A stretch of DNA of 64,000 bases from an uncultured Clostridiaceae bacterium (GCA_946493085.1 CAMMAC010000001.1:2593-66592), one strand, 5' to 3'. Positions 48,832 through 59,932 are shown, numbered from the stretch's first letter. Made by a program: numbers and translations. The notes: a model not told the origin generated them from the sequence alone.

Positions 48832-49731
48832 ATGAAGAGCAAAACAAAAACAATTTTAAAAATATTAGTCTTTTTCTTAATCATTCTTTGCCTTATTGTA
48901 GGAGGCGTGGTAGTGTATCTTTTTTTAGCTGATATAGAATCTGTAGTGCCAGAAGAAATAAAAGACAAAATAGAAATCATAGAAGAAACTTATGAGGGAA
49001 GGAAAGTATTTTCTCTTGCACCGAAAGAGACAGACACAGAAAGTATCGTCATTTTTTATTTACATGGTGGCTCTTATGTGGCAGAAGCAAGCAAGGAGCA
49101 TTGGTATTTCTTAGTAGATTTAGTAGAAGATACAAAAGCAAAAGTAATTATGCCTGACTATCCTTTAACACCGAAATACAATTATAAAGATGTATTTGCC
49201 ATGATAGAGCCTTTATATGAAGAAATCATAGCACAAGAAGATACAGAAAAATTTATTGTAATGGGAGATTCGGCAGGTGGAGGAATGGCACTTGCTTTAT
49301 GTGAAAAATTAGGAGAAGAAGGAAAACAAAAGCCAGATAAGCTTATATTAATTTCCCCATGGTTAGATGTAAGGCTAGAAAATGAAGCAATTGATGCAGT
49401 AGAAGAAAAAGATAAACAACTAAATAGAGAAGCACTAAAGGTAGCAGGACTTAGCTATGCAGGGGAAGATGGAATGGAAAGTCATTTGGTAAATCCTATT
49501 TTAGGAAATTCAGAAACCTTGCAAAACATTTCTATTACCATATTTACAGGAACCTATGATATTTTAAATCCAGATGTGCATACATGGCTTGAAAAAGTAG
49601 AAAGCACACTACAAATAGATTTAAAAGAATATGAAGGAGCGCCCCATATTTGGTTATTAGATAGGAGCGAAAATAAAACTGAACAAGCAGAAGAAGCTTA
49701 TCAAGAATTATTAGAAAGTATAGAAGAATAA
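48832..49731 (+). CDS. Alpha/beta-hydrolase fold esterase/lipase (Abhydrolase_3-like), membrane-anchored
   Basis: HGGSY oxyanion motif and GDSAGG nucleophile elbow. N-terminal TM. RBS GAGAGGA before the ATG at 48832. Confidence 0.8.
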   Translation: MKSKTKTILKILVFFLIILCLIVGGVVVYLFLADIESVVPEEIKDKIEIIEETYEGRKVFSLAPKETDTESIVIFYLHGGSYVAEASKEHWYFLVDLVEDTKAKVIMPDYPLTPKYNYKDVFAMIEPLYEEIIAQEDTEKFIVMGDSAGGGMALALCEKLGEEGKQKPDKLILISPWLDVRLENEAIDAVEEKDKQLNREALKVAGLSYAGEDGMESHLVNPILGNSETLQNISITIFTGTYDILNPDVHTWLEKVESTLQIDLKEYEGAPHIWLLDRSENKTEQAEEAYQELLESIEE

Positions 49732-49791
49732 ATATAGCTTATACAAGATTGCAATAACAAAAGATGGTAAAAAAGAAAAGAGGAAAACACA

Positions 49792-51081
49792 ATGAAAGAG
49801 AATACAATTCCGACATGGAGAAGACTAGATAATTCCGCAAAAATTTTTCCTGTTTCTACAGGAAAACGATATAGTACCGTTTTTCGTATATCGGCTGTTA
49901 TGAAAGAAACCATACAACCTTATCTATTAAAAAAGGCAGTAAAACAAGCTTTAAAACGATTTCATGATTTTAAGGTGAAAATGAAACAAGGTGTGTTTTG
50001 GTATTATTTTGAGGAGAACAACAAAGAGATACATGTAGAAGAAGAGAAAAATTATCCATGCAAGTATATAGAACCGTATACCAATCAGGATTATTTATTT
50101 AAAGTAACGTATTTTGATAAAAAAATCAATATGGATGTGAACCATGCCCTAACAGATGGAAATAATGCAACTAACTTTTTTAAAGAAATTATCTACTGTT
50201 ATATAGAGCTAGCTCATAAAAAGGAATTTACCAAGGAATATAGAACCAAGAGAACTTATCGTTATAATACAGAAGATAGTTATATGGTGAATTATGATAA
50301 ACACGCGGGAAATAATAATTCTAGCCAAAAGGCATATGTATTAAAGGGAGAAAATATTCCATTAGGAGCAATTGCCGTCATTCATGAAATTATAGGATTA
50401 GAAGCATTAAAGAAAAAATGTGAAGAATGGGACTGTAGCATTACACAATACTTAACAGCAACCTTAATACAAGCTATTTATGAAGAAAATTATTTGCCCA
50501 ATAAAGGGAAAAAGCCAATTAAAGTATGCATACCAGTAAACTTAAAAAAATACTTTCATTCAGATACTTTAAGCAATTTCTTTTCCTATATTACCTTAGA
50601 AGCTAATATGCGAGAAGATAATTTAGATACTTTTGAAAAAATTTTAGCATTTGTAAAAGAAGATTTTCAAAAAAGATTAACAGAAGAAGAAATTTTAAAA
50701 ACAATGTCTGGAAATGTAAAATTAGGAACCAATCCATTAGTAAAAATAATTCCACTATTCTTAAAGAAAATACTAGTAAGAGTAGCATACTTGGAAATAC
50801 GAAAATATACAACCATCACCTTTTCTAACATTGGTAGAATTGGTATGATAGGAAAATATCAAGACTATATAGAGGAATTTCTATTTTTAATAGCGCCAGA
50901 TCCTGTAGAAAAAATAAAGTGTTCTGCATGCACATTTAATAACGAATTAGTATTTACCTTTACTACTATTTTAAATGATGCGAGCATAGAAAAAAAATTT
51001 TATGAATTGATACAAAAACAAAATATTCCAATTCGAATAGAAAGTAATGGTGTTTTAGATGTTATATCCGAAAAAAATTGA
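49792..51081 (+). CDS. Uncharacterised acyltransferase with HxxxDG motif (condensation / CAT-like superfamily)
   Basis: VNHALTDG motif at about residue 120. The size (429 aa) and position of the motif fit WS/DGAT- or alcohol-acetyltransferase-like enzymes. Confidence 0.5.
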   Translation: MKENTIPTWRRLDNSAKIFPVSTGKRYSTVFRISAVMKETIQPYLLKKAVKQALKRFHDFKVKMKQGVFWYYFEENNKEIHVEEEKNYPCKYIEPYTNQDYLFKVTYFDKKINMDVNHALTDGNNATNFFKEIIYCYIELAHKKEFTKEYRTKRTYRYNTEDSYMVNYDKHAGNNNSSQKAYVLKGENIPLGAIAVIHEIIGLEALKKKCEEWDCSITQYLTATLIQAIYEENYLPNKGKKPIKVCIPVNLKKYFHSDTLSNFFSYITLEANMREDNLDTFEKILAFVKEDFQKRLTEEEILKTMSGNVKLGTNPLVKIIPLFLKKILVRVAYLEIRKYTTITFSNIGRIGMIGKYQDYIEEFLFLIAPDPVEKIKCSACTFNNELVFTFTTILNDASIEKKFYELIQKQNIPIRIESNGVLDVISEKN

Positions 51082-51622
51082 TGCCAAAAAAGGTGGTAAA
51101 TTAGTTAAAATATTACTAATATTATCGGCTTGTTTAGGTATTCTGTTAATATTCATTAATAAAATAACAACACCTCATATGCATTGGGGAATTTTAGCAG
51201 TAGCTTGTATTGTGTATATTTGGGTAACCATATTATATGCTTTAAAGAAAAATAAAAATATAGCAGCACATATATTAGTGCAAGTAGTGGCAATTTCTCT
51301 GCTATTAATTGCTATAGATTATTCATTAGGATTTAGAAAATGGTCTTTAGAGGTGTCAATGCCTATCATTATTATTACAGCCAATCTTATTATGACCCTT
51401 CTAACTTTTATTAGTTATAAAAAATATATTCGTTATGTAGTGTATCAACTTATTTTAATACTGATTAGTATGACACCGATGCTATTGATTACAGAACATT
51501 ACATTGCAGATAGCTTACTTTCTAGAATTGCTATTTGGATATCCATAGTCAATTTTATCCTTTGTGTGGCACTATGTAGCAAGGATATAAAAGCAGAACT
51601 AAAGAGGAAATTTCATATGTAG
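51059..51622 (+). CDS. Hypothetical polytopic membrane protein (about 5 TM)
   Basis: Overlaps the upstream acyltransferase gene, so the two are probably translationally coupled. A terminator hairpin follows at 51635-51665. Confidence 0.55.
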   Translation: MLYPKKIDAKKGGKLVKILLILSACLGILLIFINKITTPHMHWGILAVACIVYIWVTILYALKKNKNIAAHILVQVVAISLLLIAIDYSLGFRKWSLEVSMPIIIITANLIMTLLTFISYKKYIRYVVYQLILILISMTPMLLITEHYIADSLLSRIAIWISIVNFILCVALCSKDIKAELKRKFHM

Positions 51623-51847
51623 ATAATGAAAATAGGAGAAAATCCATATTTCAGATTTTCTCTTTAATTAATGACTAACATAGTATAAAAACTATGGACA
51701 CTAATGTTTTATTAATCTAATTATAAACTATTCTATAAGTAAAAGGCAATAAGAAAATTGGAATAAATTAGAAACTTTTAAGACATTTTCTTATATTACT
51801 TACATAACATATATAATATTTTCTATAAAAGTAAAAAAATGTAAGAA

Positions 51848-51890
51848 TATATTGGAATTTATTGACAATATTTCCAATATATAGTATAAA
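51848..51890 (+). promoter_or_regulatory. Promoter TTGACA(51862-51867)-17-TATAAA(51885-51890) embedded in a 10-bp inverted repeat (TATATTGGAA...TTCCAATATA): a putative operator
   Basis: The arms at 51848-51857 and 51872-51881 are perfect reverse complements that bracket the -35 element. Confidence 0.6.
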
Positions 51891-51955
51891 TATATATACT
51901 ATAATTTTATAGATGACAAATGCGAATGTGTGCTGTTTCATATAGGAGGTATAAT

Positions 51956-52408
51956 ATGAGCAAATTATTTAAGGTATTTGTGACATTCTGTATGGTGACT
52001 GCTTTGGCAATCGGGGGATCCGTTCCCGCCATGGCTGCCGAAGGTGAGGCAACTAACACAGCACTGGAAGCTGTTTCTACGACTAAAATGGAGAGCCGGG
52101 CTGGAGCTCAGGTTGGCGGTATGTCTGGAACTTGTACCATTAAACCTGGATCCGTTATTGGAACGTGCTATGTTGGTACGGGGGCAAAAACTATTGAGGT
52201 TACCATTACTGGCGTAAGTGGATTTATTATTCTCCAGTTTGATAACCTGACTACTGGTGACCGTGTAAATTTGACAGCCGTTGGTGGACAAAAGGATTAT
52301 TCTCTCACGTATGCTTCCGCGTTGGATTCCGGCGATTGGCGGTGCTCCGTCTTGTCGTGTGCAAACAACGCATCGAATTGTAGTTTTGATATCGACTTTT
52401 ACAGATAA
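51956..52408 (+). CDS. Small secreted Cys-rich protein (150 aa; signal peptide, 6 Cys) with anomalously high GC (about 50%)
   Basis: Signal peptide MSKLFKVFVTFCMVTALAIGGSVPAMA/AEGE. RBS TAGGAGGT. Codon usage is rich in G/C at third positions, unlike the flanking genes. Confidence 0.65.
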   Translation: MSKLFKVFVTFCMVTALAIGGSVPAMAAEGEATNTALEAVSTTKMESRAGAQVGGMSGTCTIKPGSVIGTCYVGTGAKTIEVTITGVSGFIILQFDNLTTGDRVNLTAVGGQKDYSLTYASALDSGDWRCSVLSCANNASNCSFDIDFYR

Positions 52409-52490
52409 TATCGGTAAAAATCAGAACGGAGGTCAAAAGACCTTAGCAAGTAGGTAGTAATCGTTTTTTACACATTCGCATTTTAGCTGG

Positions 52491-52522
52491 GGGGAAGTTC
52501 AAATTAGAACTTCCCTTTATAT
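52491..52522 (+). terminator. Intrinsic terminator after the small secreted protein gene
   Basis: GGGGAAGTTCaaattaGAACTTCCCTTTATAT. Confidence 0.7.
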
Positions 52523-52633
52523 AATATAAGTAATCAACAATAAAACAAACTAACCTTTTAGATTTTTGTTTATATTTAACTATAAAGTTATTTGGATGGA
52601 AAACGATTTATATTATAATTAGGAGAAAAATAT

Positions 52634-54919
52634 ATGAAAATAGAAACAAAATTAACCTTTAATAATATGAAAAAAAATATAAAAAGAACAATATATACTA
52701 CAATTTCAATAGCGTTATGTGCATTTCTTATCATAACAACACTTTTGGTAACAACTAGTATTAGTAATAGTCTTAATGAAAATATTTCTAGTAAATATAA
52801 TGACTATCATTTTGTAATAAGAAATGTAGATTTGGACAGTTTTAATAAAATAAAAGATAAAGAATATATTGCTCAAATTTATTTACAAGAAAATGATGAG
52901 GGGCAATTATATGAAATAGATAATTTACCTGCTTCTTTTCAAATTACTAATGGGATAAATATATATATTAAATATGATAATTACAAAAAAGTTTGTACAT
53001 ATACAAATAATATATTTGAAACCTTAAATCTAACATACGTTGAGGCAAATAAAAAATGTGAATTAAACACTAGATTACTAAATTCCTGTGGGCTAATCGA
53101 TGTATCTATCAATGCAAAACAATATGTAGACAATGTTCCAATATGTCAAGTTAGATTAAACTTTACATACAGTTTAGATGTAATGATTATAATTATATTA
53201 TTAATCTTCTCCATTTTATCCATTATAATATTATATAATGCGTTTTTAATAACTATGAATGAAAGAAAAAAAGAATATGCAGTATTAAATAGTATAGGGG
53301 CAACAGAAAGTCAAATATTAAAGATGACTTTTTTAGAAAATACTATTATAGGAATAATAGGAATAATGATAGGATTTTTCATTTCCATTCTTGGTTCATA
53401 TCTTCTATTAAGAGTGTTAAATCATATAGCAGATTCCACGATATACAATTTTAAATTAATATTAGATATTAAATATATAATTGTATCCTTTGTGATAATA
53501 ATGATGAATATATATATATCTTCATTAATTTCTAGTATAAGAGCAAATAGCACATCAGTTATACAAGGAATAAAAAATAACAAACAAATAAAATTAAAAA
53601 AAAATAATTCTATTTTTGAAAAATATCTTCCTATAGAAGGAAAATTAGCTTTTAAAAATTTTAAAAGAAATAAAAATAAATATAGAATTATAACAATTTT
53701 ACTTATAATATGTATGACTTCGTATATAACAATTTCTACCTATATCAACTATGAAAAAGTAGCTGCAAATTTAATAGATGAATATGATGTTGATGCTGAA
53801 TTACAACTTAGTGAAAATTCAAATAAATATTATAAATCCATACTGGATAACTATGTTAATACTTCAGGGGATAAAATGGAGTATTTAGAATATAAGGTAA
53901 TGGGATTATATGCTCTAGTAGAACCAGAAGATGCTCTTATAGCAGAATGTAGATATGGGGACGTAATGCACTTTCCAATACAAATAATTGGCTTAGATGA
54001 TAAATCTTATAATGGTTATATAACTGATTTAAATGCTAATTATGGAGATTATATTATTTATAATAATCTTACACAAGTAGAAAGAGAAGGGGAAGAATAT
54101 ATATATAAATATTATACTGCATTTAAAGCAAATTATAATTTTAATTTAAAAATAGCTTATTGTAATTATAGTAATAATAGTGAAGCGGTAGAATATGAAA
54201 TAATTGATGATGAAACTTTAAGAGAAAAATTTACTTTAACCAAAGAGCTTCCTAATGGATATAAAGAAGTAAATAATACAGAGAAAATAACAATTTTTAC
54301 AAATATGGACACATTTAATCATATAGAAGAAAAAATAAATATTCATCCAAAAAAAGATAGATATCAACAAAATATATGGATGCATTATGAAAATACAAGT
54401 AATAGTGGAAATTTTGTTAAAATCAAATGCGGAAATATCATTAACTTTTCAAATTATATAGAAAATATGATTCAAAAACAAAATATGGACATTTTTGTAC
54501 GTTACTATTCTTTAGAAAATAAAGAGAAAATAATTTATATGAATATTTTAGAATTAATATTACGAACTATTATTTTAACAATTATAATGATAGGAATAAT
54601 AAATTCTATAAATATAATAAATGCCAGTTTATATGAAAGAGAAGAAGAATTTAAAGCATTATCAAGATTAGGTGCTACCAAAGAAAATATGAATAAAATA
54701 CTAATATATGAAAATATTTATATGTTTATAAAAGCAACAATCATATCCATTATTTTGTCAATTCCTATTTTATATAAGATTATACAATATATGGAAAAAA
54801 CAATTATATTAGATAAATTATTAATCCCGCTTACTAATATAGGTATATTTATTTTACTACTATTTATAATATTTTTGGTTATAGCAATATATTCAACAAA
54901 ATTTATAAAAGAAGAATAA
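52634..54919 (+). CDS. FtsX-family ABC transporter permease (two FtsX modules, MacB/BceB-like), very AT-rich
   Basis: 761 aa. N-terminal TM plus a large extracellular region, repeated 4-TM FtsX-like modules. Confidence 0.75.
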   Translation: MKIETKLTFNNMKKNIKRTIYTTISIALCAFLIITTLLVTTSISNSLNENISSKYNDYHFVIRNVDLDSFNKIKDKEYIAQIYLQENDEGQLYEIDNLPASFQITNGINIYIKYDNYKKVCTYTNNIFETLNLTYVEANKKCELNTRLLNSCGLIDVSINAKQYVDNVPICQVRLNFTYSLDVMIIIILLIFSILSIIILYNAFLITMNERKKEYAVLNSIGATESQILKMTFLENTIIGIIGIMIGFFISILGSYLLLRVLNHIADSTIYNFKLILDIKYIIVSFVIIMMNIYISSLISSIRANSTSVIQGIKNNKQIKLKKNNSIFEKYLPIEGKLAFKNFKRNKNKYRIITILLIICMTSYITISTYINYEKVAANLIDEYDVDAELQLSENSNKYYKSILDNYVNTSGDKMEYLEYKVMGLYALVEPEDALIAECRYGDVMHFPIQIIGLDDKSYNGYITDLNANYGDYIIYNNLTQVEREGEEYIYKYYTAFKANYNFNLKIAYCNYSNNSEAVEYEIIDDETLREKFTLTKELPNGYKEVNNTEKITIFTNMDTFNHIEEKINIHPKKDRYQQNIWMHYENTSNSGNFVKIKCGNIINFSNYIENMIQKQNMDIFVRYYSLENKEKIIYMNILELILRTIILTIIMIGIINSINIINASLYEREEEFKALSRLGATKENMNKILIYENIYMFIKATIISIILSIPILYKIIQYMEKTIILDKLLIPLTNIGIFILLLFIIFLVIAIYSTKFIKEE

Positions 54920-54941
54920 AAATGATAGGAGAAAAATTGTA

Positions 54942-55604
54942 ATGAAAATTTTAAAGGTGGAAAATTTGAGTAAAATTTATGGAAAAGGCGATACAAAAGT
55001 GATTGCTCTAAATAACATTTCTTTTGAAGTAGAAGAAGGAGAATTTCTTGCAATAATAGGACCTTCTGGAAGTGGAAAATCAACCCTTTTGCATACAGTT
55101 GCGGGATTGGGAAAACCAACTAGTGGGAAAGTATATTTTTATGGTAAAAATATGTATGAAATGAATAAAAAAGATTTAACAATACTAAGAAGGCAAAAAA
55201 TAGGAATTATATATCAATTTTATAATTTAATTCCTACTTTAAATGTAGAAGAAAATATAACATTACCTATCGAACTAGATAAGAAAAAAATAGATAAAGT
55301 AAAGTTAGAAGAAATAATGAAATTTTTAGGTATAGATAATAGAAGAAAACATTTACCGAATGAATTATCAGGAGGCGAACAACAAAAAGTAGCAATAGGT
55401 AGAGCGTTGATGATAAATCCAAATATTATTTTAGCGGATGAACCAACTGGTAATCTGGATTCTAAATCAAGTAATGAAATTATACAATTATTAAAAAAAG
55501 CCAATAAAGAATATAATCAAACCATTATAATGATTACACATAATTTAGAAATTGCAAAATTGGCGGACCGAATTATACAAATAGAAGATGGAAAAATTAT
55601 TTGA
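54942..55604 (+). CDS. ABC transporter ATP-binding protein (MacB/LolD-like)
   Basis: Walker A GPSGSGKST, signature LSGGEQQKVAIGRAL, Walker B ILADEPTGNLD. Confidence 0.9.
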   Translation: MKILKVENLSKIYGKGDTKVIALNNISFEVEEGEFLAIIGPSGSGKSTLLHTVAGLGKPTSGKVYFYGKNMYEMNKKDLTILRRQKIGIIYQFYNLIPTLNVEENITLPIELDKKKIDKVKLEEIMKFLGIDNRRKHLPNELSGGEQQKVAIGRALMINPNIILADEPTGNLDSKSSNEIIQLLKKANKEYNQTIIMITHNLEIAKLADRIIQIEDGKII

Positions 55605-55709
55605 TTTTTTAAGATTTTCTATTTAATATAGTAATAGTTTAATGTAGAAAAATAAGATTTCTACAAGCAAACAAAAAGCAGAACTAAAAAGTATGTAGAA
55701 AGGGAAAAT

Positions 55710-56930
55710 ATGAGAAAGAAAAGAGAGGGAATTCTATTAAAAATAGTGCTATGTATTTGCATAGTACTTCTTTGCGTATTAGGAGTTACTTATTGGCAAT
55801 TTATAGAACAAAATCATAAACTAAATATAGTTAGCAATCAAGAAACGATAGGAAAAGTAATTACACAAAATGTATTACAAGAGCAAATAGAACAAGAAGA
55901 AAGTGCTAACGAATTATTTGAGGAGTATTATGATAAAGCTATTTTAAAAATGCAAGAAATGACATTAGAAGAAAAAGTTAGCCAAATGTTTTTAGCAAGG
56001 TGCCCAGCAAATGATAGCACAAAGCAAGTAATGGAAGAACAACCGGGAGGCTATATTCTGTTTGGGAGAGATTTTGAAAATAAAACAGAAAAGCAAGTAA
56101 TAGATATGATACAGGAATTCCAAAATGCAAGTAAAATACCTATGATAATAGGTGTAGATGAAGAAGGCGGAAGTGTAGTAAGAGTAAGTAGAAATAAAAA
56201 ATTAGTAGCAGAAAAATATAAAAGTCCACAAGAATTATATGCACAAGGGGGATTAAGCAAAATAAGAGAGGATGCCATTGAAAAGTCCCAGAGGTTAAAG
56301 AGTTTAGGTATTAATTTAAATTTAGCACCAGTAGCAGATGTATCTACAAATCCAAAGGACTTTATTTACGATAGAAGTTTTGGAAAAGAAGCAATAGAAA
56401 CAGCAGATTATGTAAGAACAGTAGTAGAAGCTATGCAGTCACAAAATATGGCATGTACATTGAAACATTTCCCTGGATATGGAAATAATAAAGATAGCCA
56501 TAATGCCGTAACTTATGATAATCGTAGTTTAGAAGAATTTCAAACGTCAGATTTTTTTCCTTTTAAAGCAGGAATAGAAACAGGAGCACCTACCATATTA
56601 GTTTGCCATAATATAGTGGAAAATATAGAAGCAAATGTACCAGCATCTTTGTCTACCAAAGTGCATAAAATCTTAAAAGAAGAATTACACTTTTCAGGAT
56701 TGATATTAACAGATGATTTAGCGATGGAAGCTGTAGCACAATATGCAAGTTTAGAAGAGGTAGCAATACTAGCAGTGAAAGCAGGAAATGATGTACTTCT
56801 TAGTTCCGATTTTGTGAAGCAAAGAGATGCTATTGTAAAAGCAGTAGAAAATAAAGAAATTACGGAAAAAAGAATAGAAGAGTCTGTTAAAAAGATATTA
56901 GCCTATAAATTTGCTATGAAGTTAATGTAA
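55710..56930 (+). CDS. nagZ: Glycoside hydrolase family 3 beta-N-acetylhexosaminidase (NagZ-like), membrane-anchored
   Basis: KHFPGYG motif, GH3 N-terminal domain, catalytic Asp region. Confidence 0.8.
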   Translation: MRKKREGILLKIVLCICIVLLCVLGVTYWQFIEQNHKLNIVSNQETIGKVITQNVLQEQIEQEESANELFEEYYDKAILKMQEMTLEEKVSQMFLARCPANDSTKQVMEEQPGGYILFGRDFENKTEKQVIDMIQEFQNASKIPMIIGVDEEGGSVVRVSRNKKLVAEKYKSPQELYAQGGLSKIREDAIEKSQRLKSLGINLNLAPVADVSTNPKDFIYDRSFGKEAIETADYVRTVVEAMQSQNMACTLKHFPGYGNNKDSHNAVTYDNRSLEEFQTSDFFPFKAGIETGAPTILVCHNIVENIEANVPASLSTKVHKILKEELHFSGLILTDDLAMEAVAQYASLEEVAILAVKAGNDVLLSSDFVKQRDAIVKAVENKEITEKRIEESVKKILAYKFAMKLM

Positions 56931-57172
56931 AATGTAAGCTTGGCGAAAAAACGAGAAAACAAGAGAAAAACGGAGGAAATAAAAGGAAAATATAGCTTAA
57001 AATGGAATAAAAGCGCCTTTTGTATACATAATTTTGCTAAATTTAGAGATTTTATGTATATATTATTTGCAAAAGCTTAAAATATGTAGTATAATAAATA
57101 TTGTCGCGTAGAAAAAAAGGAGAGTGAAATTTTATTTTAAGCAAAAAAATAAGAAACTGTACGAAAGATATC

Positions 57173-58117
57173 ATGCGATTATTCAAAGTTCTTATGATTG
57201 CACTTATCATTGCACTAGCGATAACATTTTTAAAATACAAAGTAGCCTATGCTGTTACCATAGATGGTAAAGAAGTTGGCTATGTAACGAATAAAACAGA
57301 GTTTGAAAATTTAATACAAGAGGAAATAGTAAATCCAGATGAAGTAAATGTAGCTTATGTAGATATAGAAGCTACCCCAGAATATCAACTAATGCTTATT
57401 GACAATACAAAAGAAACAAATGAACAAGAAATCTATGCAGAAATTGAGCAGACAGCGGTTACTACTTATAGAGTATATGCGATTGCTTTAAATGGAGAAA
57501 ATACTACTTTTGTGAATACACAAAATGAAGCAGAAGAAGTAGTAGCAAAATTAAAAGAAGAAAATGCAGAAAAGATAGAAGAAATAGACATTACTGTTAA
57601 TGAAATTTATACGCAGGACCTAAGCACAATTGGAGGAGAGACAGTAGAACTAGCATCTGCTATAGACACAGCAGAGCAAGAAATAGAAGTCACTTATGCA
57701 GAACAAGAGAAAATAAAATCTTGTACATTAGATGGTGTATATTTTAGTGTACAACCAGTATCTGGTCATATCACTTCCAGATTTGGTGCAAATGAAAGCA
57801 TTAGAGATCATACCCATAAGGGAATGGATATTGCAGCACCAAAAGGGACACCTATTAAAGCAGCAGCTGGCGGAACTGTAACGTATGCTGGTTGGATGAG
57901 TGGATATGGTTATTTGGTAAGAATTTCTCATGGAAATGGAATAGAAACCTATTATGGACATTGTAGTAAATTATACGTTTCAAAAGGAGATACTGTAGAA
58001 GCTGGAGATAAAATAGCAGCAGTGGGATCAACAGGAAACTCAACAGGAAACCATTTACATTTTGAGATTAGAAAAAATGGAGTACAAGTAAATCCACAAA
58101 CATATGTATATCAATAA
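57173..58117 (+). CDS. M23-family metallopeptidase (LytM domain) with N-terminal TM anchor
   Basis: HKGMDIAAPKGTPIKAAAGGTV...GHCS...GNHLHFEI: the HxxxD and HxH zinc motifs of M23. Confidence 0.85.
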   Translation: MRLFKVLMIALIIALAITFLKYKVAYAVTIDGKEVGYVTNKTEFENLIQEEIVNPDEVNVAYVDIEATPEYQLMLIDNTKETNEQEIYAEIEQTAVTTYRVYAIALNGENTTFVNTQNEAEEVVAKLKEENAEKIEEIDITVNEIYTQDLSTIGGETVELASAIDTAEQEIEVTYAEQEKIKSCTLDGVYFSVQPVSGHITSRFGANESIRDHTHKGMDIAAPKGTPIKAAAGGTVTYAGWMSGYGYLVRISHGNGIETYYGHCSKLYVSKGDTVEAGDKIAAVGSTGNSTGNHLHFEIRKNGVQVNPQTYVYQ

Positions 58118-58356
58118 AAGAGAATAAAGAAAGCCAATGAATAAAAACATTGGCTTTTTCTCCTTTTGTAAAGTAAGAAAATCGAATCTGACTAAAAAAA
58201 GCGACCTTCTCTCATAGGTCGCTTTCGAAAATAAAAGGGGATGTTTTTCTAAATTAGTTGTAAATAGAAAGGGTATAAATCTATTTACTAACTACAGATA
58301 TAATATACCAATGTTTTTTGTCCATTTTGTGAACAAAAAGGAAACATTGTGAAAAC

Positions 58357-58390
58357 ATGTCCAAAAAATATCAGGGTAAGTGGGACATTT
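58357..58390 (+). repeat. REP-like repeat, partial copy (ACATGTCCAAAAAATATCAGGGTAAGTGGGACATTT)
   Basis: Contains the TCAGGG(T)AAGTGGGACATTT arm of the family. Confidence 0.5.
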
Positions 58391-58468
58391 GAGAATAAAA
58401 ATAAGGAGGCAATCTAAATTTTTTTAGATTACCTCCGAGGAGAAAGTTTAATTTATCTATTTTTTAAG

Positions 58469-59753
58469 TTATTGCTCTTGAAGCGTAACGGTTAATTCTC
58501 TTTCAGTACCATTTCTATTTACTTTAATGGTCATTTGGTCGCCTATATTATGCGAATTTTTAATTTCATTCAATTCATCCATTGTGGTAATAGATTTTCC
58601 ATCAGCAGCAATAATCACATCACCTGGTTTAATACCAGCTTTTTCTGCTGCAGAAAAGTCATCTACTGCTTTTACGTAAATACCTACTACTAAGTTATTA
58701 GCTTCGGCAAGTTGTTCTGTTAAGTCTTGTCCAGTAATACCAATATATGGTCTTTTTACTTTTTGATATTCTACTAATTGATCATAAACTGGTTTAGCAA
58801 TATTCATTGGAATAGCAAATCCTAAACCTTCTACACCATCACCAGAAAGTTTTAAAGTATTAATACCAATTACTTCTCCATTACTATTTACTAGAGCACC
58901 ACCACTATTTCCAGAGTTGATAGCAGCATCTGTTTGAATTAAAGTATAAGTAACACCGTCTGTAGTAACTTCTCTATTAACGGCACTAATAATACCACCA
59001 GAAACGCTATTTTCCATGCCTAATGGGTTACCAATAGCCATAGCAAATTCTCCTACTTGAACGCTGTCAGAATCTCCTATATCAGCAGCTGTTAAACCAG
59101 TTTTATCAATTTTTATAACAGCTAAATCTGTTTGATCATCTGTTCCAATAATAGTAGCATCATAGGCTGTTTCATCGTTGTATAAGTAAACTGTAACTTT
59201 GGATGCTTCTCCTAATTCATAGAAAGATGAGGAAGAAGTAGAATTGACAATATGATTATTAGTTAAAATATACCCATCTTCTGTCATAATGATACCAGAA
59301 CCTTCTGCTGAAGCAGTAGAAGTACCATTATAAAATGGAGAACTTACAGAATATTCTACTTTAATACCTACTACAGATGGACGAACTTTAGCAGCTACAC
59401 CAACACCTGTTTCAGAATAATTAGCTAAAGAAACAAGGTTAGTATTAGCATTTGCAGCAACACTAGAAGAACCGTGTATCCGTGGTAGGAGTAGATGTAT
59501 TGTTATTTCCCAAAATACTTTCTCTAATACTTGGAACTCCAAAACAAGTACCAAGTACTACAGCAGTACCAACAATTCCACTAAAGAAAGGCAAAACAAC
59601 ATTTTTTCCAAAATGGCTTTCTTTTTTAGATTTTATTTCTCTTACAGTCGTATAAGTATTTGCTGTAGAATTTGTGTTTTCTACTTTTTCTCCTTCTATG
59701 ATTGTTTTTTTGTCATTTGTTTCTTCTTTTATGTTTTCTTTATTTTCTTCCAT
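58469..59753 (-). pseudogene. htrA: HtrA/DegP-family serine protease (TM, trypsin-like, PDZ) split by a frameshift near 59470-59550
   Basis: The N-terminal TM-containing 96-aa ORF (59463-59753) and the 361-aa protease/PDZ ORF (catalytic H, D and GNSGGAL serine motif) overlap in different frames. Confidence 0.75.
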
Positions 59754-59932
59754 AGTACTCCCTCACAAAATAAATTTGGGTTTTGAAAAAGTTACCCATA
59801 AACTTTTTATTTATATCTTACCTCAATTTAAATTTATCATACAATAGGTTTGTGAAAATTGTGTGAAAAAATCTTGATTTTATGAGGGATAACTTATATA
59901 ATGAAAAAATAAAGAAAGGAATGATGTATTAA

